Source: Psammoneis japonica
Lineage: Eukaryota
Length of the DNA stretch: 64,000 nucleotides
Reading direction: 5' to 3'
NCBI GenBank assembly: GCA_008632985.1
Contig: QPGO01000076.1
Location: 124,001-188,000, forward strand
Part shown: positions 62,884-64,000 of the stretch, one piece after another
How the letters are laid out: each line of letters starts with the position of its first letter
How positions within the stretch are numbered: position 1 is the first letter of the stretch
Made by a program: the position numbers and the translations under genes
Notes under the pieces: generated by a model
Told to the model about the DNA's origin: nothing
The model's database searches: none
The model's input: only the letters and a program-made list of their open reading frames with translations

Positions 62884-64000
62884 GTTGTATTATTTTATAG
62901 AAAATGGTGCGGATGTAAGTGATGTGAATGCAATGGAGAGAGAATGCTTCAATAAGACTTGTGACGAGATGATAATTGCAGCAACAACGCACTGTATGGC
63001 AGATGATGGCACACAACAACAACGAAGGCCCCAAAACAAAAAAGAAACAAAAAAAATTGAGGGTGTCGCGCGGTTGTTTGTGTGCAAAGTGCATGGAGCG
63101 CGCCACACCCAACATAGACAGACCAACAAATCAATATTTTATCCAATGACAGATAATCTCGCGCACGTGTGCGCGGTTATTAGACTGTGTAGGTGTGTGT
63201 ACGTGTGTGAGGTGTAAGTAGAATATACGTAGGATTACTACTGAGTGAGTTGACATGCGGTGGATTTTCCGCCGGTACACAATCTACGTGGTCTACATGG
63301 AAGATAAATTTATGTCGGTCTCTGAGGCTTCAACATATCATTAAATTTTGTTTAGCCTTTCCAATATATATACCCCAATTCAAAAGTCTGACAGAACACC
63401 CCGAAAGAACTCTGGAATCTGTATAAAAAAAATTTCTATTTAACGGTCCGAACAGGGTCGCCCCGAAGCGCTTCTCAAAATATCCTCAGATTCTATACAA
63501 TAAAACATCTACTATGACCAAAACAGAGTCACTATCGGATAAATAGATCCGGTATTCTTCGCGCGCAAACAACACGAGAACGACCAACAACACCATGGCG
63601 AGCAAACGCGAGCGGCGTTCACTGATCTACAAGCTGGGAATACGAGATACTACTGAAGTGATTGGACAATATTTATGCACTGTATTCATGGGTCAAGTTG
63701 GGTTTCTTCTCACTGTTTGTTGTCGCGTCATTTTACAACGTTTTGACCCACGCCGTGTTTTTTGCTTTGTTGCTTCTGCTCGCAGCGTGCCACCAACAGC
63801 TTTTCCTGCAGGGTATGGCTAGTTGCGCATCACATCGAACCCAAACGTGCGCGACCAACTAGCCCTACCCCGGCTAACTCATATATATTGATTCGTTCCG
63901 ATCCGACGCACGACAGAAAAAAAAAAAAAAAAAGGCTCTTCGATCGAAATACACGCACAGCACACAACGACGCTGTTGTGACACAACATTCCCGACGGAA

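Overview
Eukaryotic, most likely diatom, nuclear DNA. Supporting signs: short GT-AG introns, bipartite signal-peptide + 'AF' plastid-targeting N-termini, a diatom-type cyclin, a class C GPCR and RXL-motif secreted proteins. About 20 host genes with ordinary base composition are interrupted by five sharply bounded repeat/TE-derived islands (~14.7-20.4, 26.8-30.1, 34.6-46.4, 50.15-50.8 and 60.0-62.1 kb) that are almost free of the dinucleotide TpA. Inside them, ancestral TpA appears converted to TpG or CpA (A->G on either strand). Conserved Tyr codons of two Ty3/Gypsy elements and a dihydroxyacetone-kinase gene copy read as Cys or His. The two 432-bp LTRs of one element differ almost only at TA/CG/TG/CA dinucleotides. 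Surviving TpA sites are mostly YTAR. This looks like a repeat-targeted A-to-G DNA hypermutation process, opposite in direction to fungal RIP and acting alongside CpG decay. It is the main candidate for an undescribed system here. All counts are manual, and the responsible enzyme is not visible in this window.
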